Source of the DNA: a virus
Length of the DNA: 64,000 nucleotides
Virus record (IMG/VR): IMGVR_UViG_3300010398_000002
Coordinates: 1-64,000 of that record
Strand: one strand, 5' to 3'
The notes under the pieces were generated by a model, which saw only the letters and a program-made list of their open reading frames with translations, ran no database searches and was not told where the DNA came from. Positions 36,340 through 44,680 of the stretch are shown piece by piece. The first letter of the stretch is position 1; each line of letters starts with the position of its first letter. The translations under genes and the position numbers were made by a program.

Positions 36340-36651
36340 ATGACCGAATTGTCCAGAACACTGAACAAGCTGTCCACCGCACTGGTGGTGTTCGCGTGGT
36401 TCATCGGAGTCTTCGGGGTCATCGGCGGTATCGGCATCGCTGTCCAGACGGGCACCGGCCTTTCCACCGACTACCTCGGCAACATCCAGGACACCACGAC
36501 CCACCCGTACGTCGGCCTCGGCATCGGACTGATCGCTGTGTCGATCATCTACGCCGTGGTGGTGGCCTGGTTCGGCTACGTGGGCAAGGTTCTGGCCAAC
36601 CACGAAGCTCGCTCGCAAGCTACCTTCGAGCGGACCTTCCAGGTTTCCTGA
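36340..36651 (+). CDS. membrane protein (103 aa, 2 TM)
   Basis: ATG 36340 after AGAGGAGAAC. TM segments ALVVFAWFIGVFGVIGGIGIAV and VGLGIGLIAVSIIYAVVVAWFGY. Confidence 0.7.
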   Translation: MTELSRTLNKLSTALVVFAWFIGVFGVIGGIGIAVQTGTGLSTDYLGNIQDTTTHPYVGLGIGLIAVSIIYAVVVAWFGYVGKVLANHEARSQATFERTFQVS

Positions 36652-36660
36652 CAACGACAC

Positions 36661-36689
36661 GGCCCCGCTTCGGCGGGGCCTTCGTCATT
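36661..36689 (+). terminator. intrinsic terminator (weak T-run)
   Basis: GGCCCCGC-TTCG-GCGGGGCC then TTCGTCATT. Confidence 0.55.
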
Positions 36690-36709
36690 AAGCGATCTTG
36701 TGGTATAGT
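36681..36709 (+). promoter_or_regulatory. promoter TTCGTC-N17-TATAGT (TGTGGTATAGT)
   Basis: TATAGT 36704-09. Confidence 0.55.
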
Positions 36710-36764
36710 GTAGGTCATTGGCCCGTACTCACGGGGTAGGGGCCCCATGCCCAGAGGAGAACTG

Positions 36765-36917
36765 ATGGAAATGACTCGTGAACAGCTATTAGGACTGCTG
36801 CTCATCGCACTGGTCCTGGGCACAGGACTGGTGATCATCTGGCAATGGCCACTGATCACCGACTGGATTCACACCATCTTCGACACCAATCAGGCCGTGC
36901 CGGTACGGCACACCTGA
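36765..36917 (+). CDS. single-pass membrane peptide (50 aa)
   Basis: Below track cutoff. ATG 36765 after AGAGGAGAAC. LLGLLLIALVLGTGLVIIW TM. TGA 36915-17. Confidence 0.6.
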   Translation: MEMTREQLLGLLLIALVLGTGLVIIWQWPLITDWIHTIFDTNQAVPVRHT

Positions 36918-36922
36918 GACCC

Positions 36923-36953
36923 AGCCCTCGCCGCCCGGCGGGGGCTTTCTTCA
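36923..36953 (+). terminator. intrinsic terminator
   Basis: CCCTCGCCG / CGGCGGGGG stem then CTTTCTTCAT. Confidence 0.6.
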
Positions 36954-36957
36954 TGCC

Positions 36958-37066
36958 CGAACGACGGACCTGGTCATGCCCAACCAAGCCGTCACGACGA
37001 TCCGGGCCAAGCCAACGCCTTGCCGTCACGACAGATCAGATCGGTCCCGGCCAAGCCGTCACGACT
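36958..37066 (+). repeat. mini-array: 3 exact CCGTCACGAC cores (36989, 37023, 37056; 33-34 nt apart) plus one degenerate copy (GAACGACGGACC at ~36958)
   Basis: Same motif, orientation and period as the 50-52 kb and 54-55 kb arrays. Sits 45-150 nt upstream of promoter 37110-37138. Confidence 0.8.
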
Positions 37067-37109
37067 CACCAGACCCGACCAGACCCGGCCGGGTTTTCTT
37101 AATGCCCAC

Positions 37110-37138
37110 TTAACAGAGCAGGTGGCTAGCGCTAGGCT
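37110..37138 (+). promoter_or_regulatory. host-type promoter TTAACA-N17-TAGGCT for the 807-aa gene
   Basis: Differs from the phage TGTGGTATAGT class. Followed by a ~145-nt G-tract-rich 5' UTR. Confidence 0.45.
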
Positions 37139-37285
37139 GCCACCGCTGACAACGGGGGGAAAGGGGGAATCGGGGGAACCGGCGTCTCTCCTGCTATGGA
37201 GGCGTCGGGCAAACCAATCGGTAGTTCCGCGCAGCATGCTCTTTTGCAGCTGTGCGGACGATGTCATGACTCTAGGAGGAGTCTC

Positions 37286-39709
37286 ATGCATCGAACGCAA
37301 CACCAACCCAACCGCTGGCTGGCCGCGATCTGTGCGGTCCTGGCCATGGTGGCTCTCGCAGTCGGGGCGCTCATCGGGGCCACCTCGGCTGGGGCCAACA
37401 TCGGGGCCAGCAACTTCGAGGGCGGTGACGGCAACCTGGTCGTCAACACCGCCGGGAACACGGACTGGCTCACGCCGCCGCCGCACTTCGGGACGTCGCT
37501 CGACCTGCCGACAGGCTCGACCGACAACTCGTTCGGCAACGGCACCAAGGAGGACAACTCCAACGTCACCGTGGTGCAAGGGCAGATTCCGAACAACAAG
37601 GCGGACCTGCGCCGTCAACTGATCGGCTCGGAGCAGATCGGCGGCGACTTCTATCTGTACCTCGGTGCGACTCGTGCCAGCACCTCCGGCACGGTCAACT
37701 ACGACTTCGAGATCAACCAGGCCGCACAACAGGACCTGACGATCCCGGGAGCGCACACGCTGAACCGGACCGTGGGCGACCTGCTGGTCACCTACGACTT
37801 CCAGGGCGGCTCGCAGAAGCCCACGCTGGCCATCCGCAAGTGGACCGGCTCGGCCTGGGGTGCACCGACAGCACTGAACTCGGCCAACTCCGAGGGTGAC
37901 GTCAACCGGGTCAACATCCCTGCGAACCAGGGTGAGCCGGGCGACGGTGGCTACGTGGCGTTCACGTTCGCCGAGGCGTCGATCAACCTGACCCAGGCGC
38001 TCGGCCTGCCGTCCGGAGCCTGCGAAGCCTTCGCAGCGTTCTCGACGCACAGCCGCGCATCGGCGTCGTTCACGGCGGAGGAGAAGGACTTCATCGCTCC
38101 GGCCAACGCGCACCTCAACAACTGCGGCACGATCAAGGTCACCAAGGTCACCGAGAACGGCGACAGCAACTTCGGCTACGCGACCACGGGCCAGATCGGT
38201 ACCGCAGGGTTCAGCCTGATGAACGGCCAGACCAAGACCTACCTGGGCGTGCAGAACGGCGCCAGCTCGGTGGCGGAGAACCTCACCGCCGCGCAGGTCA
38301 GCGCTGGCTGGTCGCTCAAGTCGCTCGTCTGCACCGACCAGGGCGGCGCAAGCCACTCGATCTCGGGCGGCCTGGCGAACATCACCATGGTGGCTGGCGG
38401 CGAGGTGGATTGCACCTACACCAACCACCTGCAGTTCAGCCCGACGATCGCCACGCAACTGTCGGCGGGCACCGTCAACATCGGTGACCCGGTGCATGAC
38501 AGCTCGACCCTCTCCGGGGCGACTGCCAGCGCAAGCGGCACCGTGCACTACGTCGCCTACTCCGACAACGCCTGCACCCAGAACCCGCAGGACGCCGGTA
38601 CCAAGACGGTGTCAGGCGGCGTGGTTCCCGACTCCGACGCGATCAGCTTCGCGGCGGCCGGGGACTACTTCTGGCAGGCCAGCTACTCCGGGGACCAGAA
38701 CAACAACCCGGCAACCTCGGACTGCACCTCCGAGCACCTCGTGGTGAAGACCAACCCGGCTATCACCACGCAGCTGTCGCAGCAGGCCATCAGCCTCGGC
38801 GGCACGGTGCACGACTCGGCGAACCTGACCGGGGCCACCGCTGACGCGGGCGGCACGGTGCACTACGCGGCCTACGCAGGGGCGAACAACTGCTCCGGCC
38901 CAGACCTGCTCAACTCGACGGTGACGGTCAACAACGGCAACGTGCCAGACTCGGCGGACTTCACTCCGGCCGCGTCGGGCATGTACTCGTTCCAGGCCGT
39001 GTACTCCGGGGACGCCAGGAACAACGGGGCCAGCTCGGACTGCTCGACCGAGCAGCTGCTGGTCCGGGCCACCCCGGGCATCGACACCACACTGAGCCAG
39101 GTCGTCATCGTTGTCGGCAACCAGGCCAGTGACTCGGCGGCGCTGCACAACGCCACCAACGATGCCGGTGGCACCGTCACCTACACGGTGTTCACCGACG
39201 CCGCGTGCTCGAACCAGTTCGCGGATGCCGGTACCAAGACCGTCAACAACGGTGTGGTGCCTGACTCCGACCTGGTGACGTTCAACCAGTCGGGCACGTA
39301 CTACTGGCAGGCGCACTACTCGGGCGACACCAACAACGATCCGGCAACCTCCAGCTGCCTCTCGGAGATTCTGGACGTGCAGAAGGCCAGCCCGGGCGCA
39401 TCCACCGCGCAGTCGCTGATCCCGAACGACGCCTTCACGCTGTCGGGCGGGTTCCTCCCGACCGGCTCGGTCACCTTCAACCTGTACGCCGCTGGCGACG
39501 CGACCTGCTCGCTCGCTCCGGTCTACAGCCAGACGGTGGCAGTGAACGGCAACGGCACCTACTCGACCAGCAACGCTGGTGCTCCGAGCGGGTTCACCGC
39601 AACCGATCAGGGCCAGTACAACTGGGCGTCGAGCTACTCGGGCGACGCCAACAACAACCCTGCTAGCTCGGCGTGCGGCGTGGAGCACTTCACGCTCACC
39701 AACAGCTAG
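37286..39709 (+). CDS. secreted/cell-surface protein: signal peptide, jelly-roll-like domain, prealbumin(SpaA/Cna-B)-like domain and 4 Ig-like ~100-aa repeats (807 aa)
   Basis: ATG 37286 after AGGAGG. N-terminal WLAAICAVLAMVALAVGALIGATSAGA. CGTIKVTKVTENGDSNF...GW.L....C......GGEVDCTYTNH. Four repeats ending ...YSGD.NN.PA.S.C..E. No LPXTG seen. Confidence 0.8.
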   Translation: MHRTQHQPNRWLAAICAVLAMVALAVGALIGATSAGANIGASNFEGGDGNLVVNTAGNTDWLTPPPHFGTSLDLPTGSTDNSFGNGTKEDNSNVTVVQGQIPNNKADLRRQLIGSEQIGGDFYLYLGATRASTSGTVNYDFEINQAAQQDLTIPGAHTLNRTVGDLLVTYDFQGGSQKPTLAIRKWTGSAWGAPTALNSANSEGDVNRVNIPANQGEPGDGGYVAFTFAEASINLTQALGLPSGACEAFAAFSTHSRASASFTAEEKDFIAPANAHLNNCGTIKVTKVTENGDSNFGYATTGQIGTAGFSLMNGQTKTYLGVQNGASSVAENLTAAQVSAGWSLKSLVCTDQGGASHSISGGLANITMVAGGEVDCTYTNHLQFSPTIATQLSAGTVNIGDPVHDSSTLSGATASASGTVHYVAYSDNACTQNPQDAGTKTVSGGVVPDSDAISFAAAGDYFWQASYSGDQNNNPATSDCTSEHLVVKTNPAITTQLSQQAISLGGTVHDSANLTGATADAGGTVHYAAYAGANNCSGPDLLNSTVTVNNGNVPDSADFTPAASGMYSFQAVYSGDARNNGASSDCSTEQLLVRATPGIDTTLSQVVIVVGNQASDSAALHNATNDAGGTVTYTVFTDAACSNQFADAGTKTVNNGVVPDSDLVTFNQSGTYYWQAHYSGDTNNDPATSSCLSEILDVQKASPGASTAQSLIPNDAFTLSGGFLPTGSVTFNLYAAGDATCSLAPVYSQTVAVNGNGTYSTSNAGAPSGFTATDQGQYNWASSYSGDANNNPASSACGVEHFTLTNS

Positions 39710-39948
39710 GAGAAACTGGACGGCTGGACCAGCCGTTCCGAACACGGCGCCCCGCTGGTCGTCAGACGGCTTCCCCCCGAGGCCGCTGCCAGCGGGGCGC
39801 CCTTCAATCAGGAAAGGAGGCAGCTCATGGAAGGCAAGGGTTGGGGCTTCTCACAGGGCTGGTAACTGACCCATGCACTGGGTCCGCATCTAGCAGCCCC
39901 TGTCTCCCTCGTGCGGAGGCAGGGGCTGCTCTACGAGGAGAACCCCTG

Positions 39949-40047
39949 ATGGACTATTGGGACGGCTTCATCGCGGGCTACAGCTCAGGCGTCATCACCG
40001 TGGTCGTCGCCTTCGCCTTCATGATCTGGCTGGGAAGGAGGCGCTGA
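39949..40047 (+). CDS. tiny membrane peptide (32 aa)
   Basis: ATG 39949 after CGAGGAGAAC. GVITVVVAFAFMIWL TM. Confidence 0.45.
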   Translation: MDYWDGFIAGYSSGVITVVVAFAFMIWLGRRR

Positions 40048-40049
40048 AC

Positions 40050-40181
40050 GTGTGGACGTGGCTACGCGACCGGGTAAACGACTGGCTGGACACCGGCAGA
40101 AACTGGGAATGGGCGCTCTCGATCTGCATCGTGCTGTTCGTCGGCAGTGTCGTGTTCGCGATCATCTGGAACCCGAAGTAA
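40050..40181 (+). CDS. tiny membrane peptide (43 aa)
   Basis: GTG 40050, 8 nt after GGAAGGAGG. C-terminal TM ALSICIVLFVGSVVFAIIW. Confidence 0.4.
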   Translation: MWTWLRDRVNDWLDTGRNWEWALSICIVLFVGSVVFAIIWNPK

Positions 40182-40281
40182 CTATCGCTTAAACGGTCAC
40201 AGTGGAGTAGACTGAGACCAGTACCAAACGGCTAGCCCTCCGTCAGGGGAGGGGGCCGTTTCCTATTTTCAGGAGGAGAAC

Positions 40282-40545
40282 ATGCCAGACGAACAACAGC
40301 TCACCCGGCTCGACGAGCTGAGCGCCGAGATAGAGAATCTGACCAGACACTCGGTGGTCGTGGACCGCAGGCTGGAAGAGGTCGAGGCCACCCTGCGGCG
40401 CTTCATCCAGGCCCAGACCGAGTACCAGACGGCGCTGCGCACGATGGTCGTCGAGCTGGAGCACGAAGTAGAGGAGTTGAAAGAGGGCGGCGACAAAGAC
40501 CCTGATGACCTCGCGGTCTCACCAGAGCCAGAGCCAGCCACCTGA
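40282..40545 (+). CDS. coiled-coil protein (87 aa)
   Basis: SD AGGAGGAGAAC directly upstream. Track ORF. Confidence 0.7.
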   Translation: MPDEQQLTRLDELSAEIENLTRHSVVVDRRLEEVEATLRRFIQAQTEYQTALRTMVVELEHEVEELKEGGDKDPDDLAVSPEPEPAT

Positions 40546-40570
40546 GGCACCGCAATAGCGGTGCCTTTTG
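40546..40570 (+). terminator. intrinsic terminator
   Basis: GGCACCGC-AATA-GCGGTGCC then TTTTG. Confidence 0.7.
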
Positions 40571-40587
40571 TCGTTTAGGAGGAGAAC

Positions 40588-40872
40588 ATGAAGTGGGTAG
40601 TCGCTCTGTTACTGGCCGCAGTAGTGGTGCTGTCAGGCTGCAGCTCGAAGTCCCAGGAGCCGTACAAGGACAGCCCGAAGTACCCGACCCACGACCGGAC
40701 CACCGCGAAGATCGTCGAGATGCCGGACGGCTTCTCCAACTTCGCCGTCAAGTGCATCGGCGGCATCTGGTTCATGACCGCCTACCACGGCGACGCGAAC
40801 CGCACCGCGATGGCGATGGCGTTCGATCCGCACTTCCCGCTCTGCACCAACGTCCCGGCACTACAGCACTGA
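40588..40872 (+). CDS. lipoprotein (94 aa)
   Basis: Signal peptide plus lipobox LLAAVVVLSGC. SD AGGAGGAGAAC. Confidence 0.75.
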   Translation: MKWVVALLLAAVVVLSGCSSKSQEPYKDSPKYPTHDRTTAKIVEMPDGFSNFAVKCIGGIWFMTAYHGDANRTAMAMAFDPHFPLCTNVPALQH

Positions 40873-40881
40873 GGAGAACAT

Positions 40882-41247
40882 ATGCCCACCAAGCACACGA
40901 CCAACGGCACCAAAGAGTTCGTCTGCGCAATCTGTGGCACTTCGCACGACATCATGGTGTTTCACTCGAAGTGCCATCCCGAAGCGCCGATGTTCGTGCT
41001 CATCAACAAGGACCACACCCGCGTACAGGTCAGATGTGCGGTGTGCGCACGCGACGTCGTGGAGATTACCGGCATCATCAAGCTGGAGGGCAAGGAGCCC
41101 GACGAGCAGAGCGCTACGCCGCTCTGGGTGATCTACAACCAGGCGCACAACGTGGTCACACTGTCGTGTGCCGAATGTGATCAGACCATCGCCAAGTTGC
41201 ACGGACCACAGCGAGAGAACATCAAGAAAATACACGACATCGACTGA
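40882..41247 (+). CDS. zinc-ribbon protein (121 aa)
   Basis: CAICG...C, CAVCA, CAEC pairs. SD TGAGGAGAAC. Confidence 0.7.
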   Translation: MPTKHTTNGTKEFVCAICGTSHDIMVFHSKCHPEAPMFVLINKDHTRVQVRCAVCARDVVEITGIIKLEGKEPDEQSATPLWVIYNQAHNVVTLSCAECDQTIAKLHGPQRENIKKIHDID

Positions 41248-41288
41248 CACTCCACCCCACCCCATACCAGACCAGGCCAGGAGGACGT

Positions 41289-41672
41289 ATGGACGAAAAC
41301 GTTGCTGACATCGCCATCCGGTATCTGCGCAAACTCGGCTGGACACAGCATGTCCCGCGTGATCACCACGGCATCTGTGCCAGCCACGCACTCACGTTGG
41401 CCTCGGAGGAGATGACCCGCAGAAAGACAAGGGCAATCTCTGCCGCCGAGTACATCGACCGCGCCATAGAACGCAGGCGCCTCTACGACCGTGGCATGCG
41501 CGCGCTGATGTGGGTGATCAAGAAAGAGGTGCCCTGGTGTATCGCTGTCAGCTGCTGGAATGACTCCCATTGCGTCAACGTGGACGAGGTGATCCACGGG
41601 CTCAAGTTGGCCAGCGAGCGACTGAACATGCTGGACGAACGCGCAGAGAAGAGGAAGGCGGCAGCAGCATGA
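41289..41672 (+). CDS. hypothetical protein (127 aa)
   Basis: Track ORF. SD CAGGAGGAC. Confidence 0.7.
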   Translation: MDENVADIAIRYLRKLGWTQHVPRDHHGICASHALTLASEEMTRRKTRAISAAEYIDRAIERRRLYDRGMRALMWVIKKEVPWCIAVSCWNDSHCVNVDEVIHGLKLASERLNMLDERAEKRKAAAA

Positions 41673-41914
41673 CCGAGGTCATCCCGCACAAGGATTGGAA
41701 GGTGCTGGCGGTCAAGGCCAGCGGCCTGCGACACCTTGGTAGCTCCGAGTCCGGACGTCGCACCGCCTGCGGCCAGCTGCTCGTGAGTGGGCACTACCAG
41801 CGTCTGCCCCCCGGTGAGATCACCTGCAAGCGCTGCAAGCGCACATGGGAGTACAAGCGCGCCGTTTCCGATGGAGTGATAACGCGCGTAGTAGAGCCGT
41901 GGGAGGTCGAATGA
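41669..41914 (+). CDS. hypothetical protein (81 aa) with CxxC
   Basis: ATGA coupling at 41669-72. Confidence 0.65.
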   Translation: MTEVIPHKDWKVLAVKASGLRHLGSSESGRRTACGQLLVSGHYQRLPPGEITCKRCKRTWEYKRAVSDGVITRVVEPWEVE

Positions 41915-42096
41915 ACGGGCCGCAGCACTACCGCAAGGCCGAAGACCTGATGAACCAAGCCCTCGTCACCTCAACCACACACGGCAGCACGATGGCCATC
42001 GTCGCCGTGACACACGCCATCCTGGCGTTGGTGGACGCTGTCGTGAACACCGACGTGGAAACGGACGCTGCCTGGGAGGAGCTACTGAGAAAATGA
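41911..42096 (+). CDS. hypothetical protein (61 aa)
   Basis: ATGA coupling at 41911-14. Confidence 0.6.
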   Translation: MNGPQHYRKAEDLMNQALVTSTTHGSTMAIVAVTHAILALVDAVVNTDVETDAAWEELLRK

Positions 42097-42605
42097 CCCG
42101 TGAGTTCGGCAGCATGGACGAGGCGTTCGCCTACATGGCCGATGCAGAACAGCAGGCCAACCAGGCGATCAGCCCGGAGCAGGCAGCGCTGGACTGGGGC
42201 AGCTACTTCGTCAACTTCGATGTGCACTCCCAGCTGGTGATTTTCGGTCACTGCTGGACCGAAGACGAGGTCCGCAGGGGCGAGCGCGGTGCCATGCGAA
42301 CGATGGGCGACGACCCGGACCAAGACCCGGAATCCATCGCCGAGCTGGAGCAGACCATGCGTGGTGTGGTCGATGCGCACCGCCGTGGCTACCTGTTCGG
42401 CATGCACTACAGCCTCGTCGAGCCGGATGGCGAGATCGGCTCCACGCACAAGTCGGTGGCGTGGCCGATCGACAAGACACTGTTCGACGCGGCGCAGGCG
42501 GTCGGCTGGGACCCGGCCAGGCTGAGCATGGAATACCTTCGCACCCTGATGGAAACCTACAAAGCCCGAAATGACTGGGCTGTCCAGGTGGCCAAAAGAA
42601 GGTGA
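42093..42605 (+). CDS. hypothetical protein (170 aa)
   Basis: ATGA coupling. Track ORF. Confidence 0.7.
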   Translation: MTREFGSMDEAFAYMADAEQQANQAISPEQAALDWGSYFVNFDVHSQLVIFGHCWTEDEVRRGERGAMRTMGDDPDQDPESIAELEQTMRGVVDAHRRGYLFGMHYSLVEPDGEIGSTHKSVAWPIDKTLFDAAQAVGWDPARLSMEYLRTLMETYKARNDWAVQVAKRR

Positions 42606-42611
42606 GGACGT

Positions 42612-42926
42612 ATGAGGTCACTCGTAGCAGAGCGAGAGCTGGCCATGGCCCAGTACTGGGTCAGCGAGCACCGCAGATGGATCGAGGAACACGGCGGCAA
42701 CGTCAGCGGATACGTCCAGCTGTACGGCTCCAAACGCGATGCTCTTCACTACGGCGCCGGAGGTGAGGCAATCTACGCCGCCGATGTCGCAGCGCTCGAC
42801 CAGGCACTCAAGCGCCTGCATGCCGCACAGGAACGCATCCGGACCAACAAAATCCGAGAGGAGATGACAGTGAACGAAGGCAAGGGCTGGCCACGAGGTA
42901 AGGGCTGGGGAATGGTGATGCGCTGA
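42612..42926 (+). CDS. hypothetical protein (104 aa)
   Basis: Track ORF. SD GGTGAGGAC. Confidence 0.65.
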   Translation: MRSLVAERELAMAQYWVSEHRRWIEEHGGNVSGYVQLYGSKRDALHYGAGGEAIYAADVAALDQALKRLHAAQERIRTNKIREEMTVNEGKGWPRGKGWGMVMR

Positions 42927-43135
42927 TGCGCAACGGCAAACCCGACACACCGTTGGTGGACATCTCATGGTGGGCCGACCGCCTGGAGAGCGCCACCAAG
43001 ACCGCGAAACTGCTCGACGATGGCTACCAGGCAGGCATCGTATCGGCGGACACCTACGTCCAGCTGAACCGCAGCGCGATGCGCCAGGTGGAGATCGTCC
43101 ACGAAAGGCTGAGAGAGGTGGTCACGCAGACATGA
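42926..43135 (+). CDS. hypothetical protein (69 aa)
   Basis: Track ORF. Start overlaps upstream stop. Confidence 0.6.
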   Translation: MRNGKPDTPLVDISWWADRLESATKTAKLLDDGYQAGIVSADTYVQLNRSAMRQVEIVHERLREVVTQT

Positions 43136-43833
43136 CTCAACCACGCGGCGCAGCCCGCGTCGATCAAGTGCCGATGCCGCCCAGCATCGCCGAGCTGCCC
43201 CGGAACAAGGCTGGCTACCCGATCCCGTGGTTCGTGGACCGGGACGCCGACGTCGATGGCGAGCCGGACTTCCGGATCATGGACGCACGCAAGATCATGG
43301 CGGCGGTACAGCTACAGCTGTGCTGGGTATGCGGTGAGCCGATGGCGATGCTGGAGCTACCGGCGTTCGTGATCGGCCCGATGTGCGCGGTCAACCGCAC
43401 CAGCGCCGAGCCGCCGAGCCACTACATGTGCGCCAAGTACTCGGCGCAGGTGTGCCCGTTCCTCACCGTGCCGAACATGGTGCGCCGGGAAGGGCACAAG
43501 CCGGAGAACAGCATCAAGCCGCCGGGCATCATGCTGGAGCGCAACCCCGGTGTCACCCTGGTGTGGACCAGCAAGCGTGGCACCGCGATGGCCTTCCAGC
43601 ACGGGACCGGCCTGCTGTTCGACATCGGCGAACCGCGCCGGGCCGAATGGTTCTGCGAGGGACGCCCGGCCACCGCAGAAGAGGTGATCCGCTCGATCAA
43701 CTCCGGGATGCCGATCCTGGAGAAAGTGGCGCGGGAGGAGGGCGACGAAGCGGTTGCAGAGCTGGACCGTCGGTACCACGCCGTACTGTCCGACTACCTT
43801 CCCCACCCGAAGGAGACGGCTGATGCCTCGTAA
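43132..43833 (+). CDS. Cys-rich hypothetical protein (233 aa)
   Basis: ATG 43132 (ATGA coupling). CWVCGEP...MCAVN...HYMCAKYSAQVCPFL suggests metal binding. Confidence 0.7.
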   Translation: MTQPRGAARVDQVPMPPSIAELPRNKAGYPIPWFVDRDADVDGEPDFRIMDARKIMAAVQLQLCWVCGEPMAMLELPAFVIGPMCAVNRTSAEPPSHYMCAKYSAQVCPFLTVPNMVRREGHKPENSIKPPGIMLERNPGVTLVWTSKRGTAMAFQHGTGLLFDIGEPRRAEWFCEGRPATAEEVIRSINSGMPILEKVAREEGDEAVAELDRRYHAVLSDYLPHPKETADAS

Positions 43834-44221
43834 CCAGACCATCACGTTCAGCCAGACCCTGGTCAGCGAGGAGTGCTGCAACTGCGGCATCCTCTTCGCC
43901 TTCCCGTCCGAGCTGAAAGGGCAGCTGCTCGATGATCGTGAGCGGCAGTTCTACTGCCCGAACGGTCACCCGCAGCACTACGTCGGCGAGACCGACGCAC
44001 AGAAGTACAAGCGCCAGCGCGACGAGGTGACTCGCCAGTTGGCCAGTGCCAGGGAAGACATTCGGATCGAGATCGCGGCACACGCCGCCACCAAGGGCCA
44101 GCTCACCAGGGCCCGGAAGCGCGCCGACGCCGGGGTATGCCAGCACTGCCACCGGCACTTCGCCAATGTGGAGCGGCACGTCGCCAAACAGCATCCCGAC
44201 CTAAGCCAGGCGCATGCCTAA
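43823..44221 (+). CDS. zinc-finger / coiled-coil protein (132 aa)
   Basis: ATG 43823 after GAAGGAGA. CCNCG...CPNGH...CQHCHRH. Confidence 0.65.
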   Translation: MPRNQTITFSQTLVSEECCNCGILFAFPSELKGQLLDDRERQFYCPNGHPQHYVGETDAQKYKRQRDEVTRQLASAREDIRIEIAAHAATKGQLTRARKRADAGVCQHCHRHFANVERHVAKQHPDLSQAHA

Positions 44222-44411
44222 GGTGATCGTCCCGTGCGCCGCGTGCATCCAGGGTGACCACACACACCACAAGGACCCAGGCAACTGGTGGCACCGGCTC
44301 TGGTCGTTCATCGAGTGCCCGTGCCGGGGCGAATGCGCCGATTCACAGTTCGTGTGGTGGCTCAGAGAACAGGAGTTCGCCAATGGCGATCACCACGACA
44401 CCGATGCATGA
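44214..44411 (+). CDS. Cys/His-rich small protein (65 aa)
   Basis: Track ORF. CAAC...CPCRGEC. Confidence 0.5.
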   Translation: MPKVIVPCAACIQGDHTHHKDPGNWWHRLWSFIECPCRGECADSQFVWWLREQEFANGDHHDTDA

Positions 44412-44670
44412 GCGCGTCACCAACTTCGCCAATGACCCGACCAGGCGCGGCAAGGTCGGGCCTGACCTGGTCGCGGCACTGGAGAAGCTGATGGCCATGC
44501 TGACCGAAGCAAACGACGACGTGGACGATTTCAAGATCAACCTAGAGGCGTACCTCGAAAGCGAAGACAAGGAGGAACGAGAGGAAGCCGAGCAGACCAT
44601 GGCCTCCAGCAACCTGGCAAAGACGCTCGGCGAACTCGGCATGTGGCTGGACGGAATCGACATCGACTAA
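44383..44670 (+). CDS. acidic small protein (95 aa)
   Basis: ATG 44383 after ACAGGAG. Trimmed from 44254..44670. Confidence 0.55.
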   Translation: MAITTTPMHERVTNFANDPTRRGKVGPDLVAALEKLMAMLTEANDDVDDFKINLEAYLESEDKEEREEAEQTMASSNLAKTLGELGMWLDGIDID

Positions 44671-44680
44671 GGAGGAAACC

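Noticed and set aside
40233-40270. Hairpin CCCTCC-N6-GGAGGG plus T-rich tract as terminator of the 807-aa operon, with TAGACT box at 40208 as promoter
   Set aside because: The order (putative -10 before the hairpin, SD right after the T-tract) makes the assignment ambiguous between a terminator and a 5' UTR stem. It is not listed as either.
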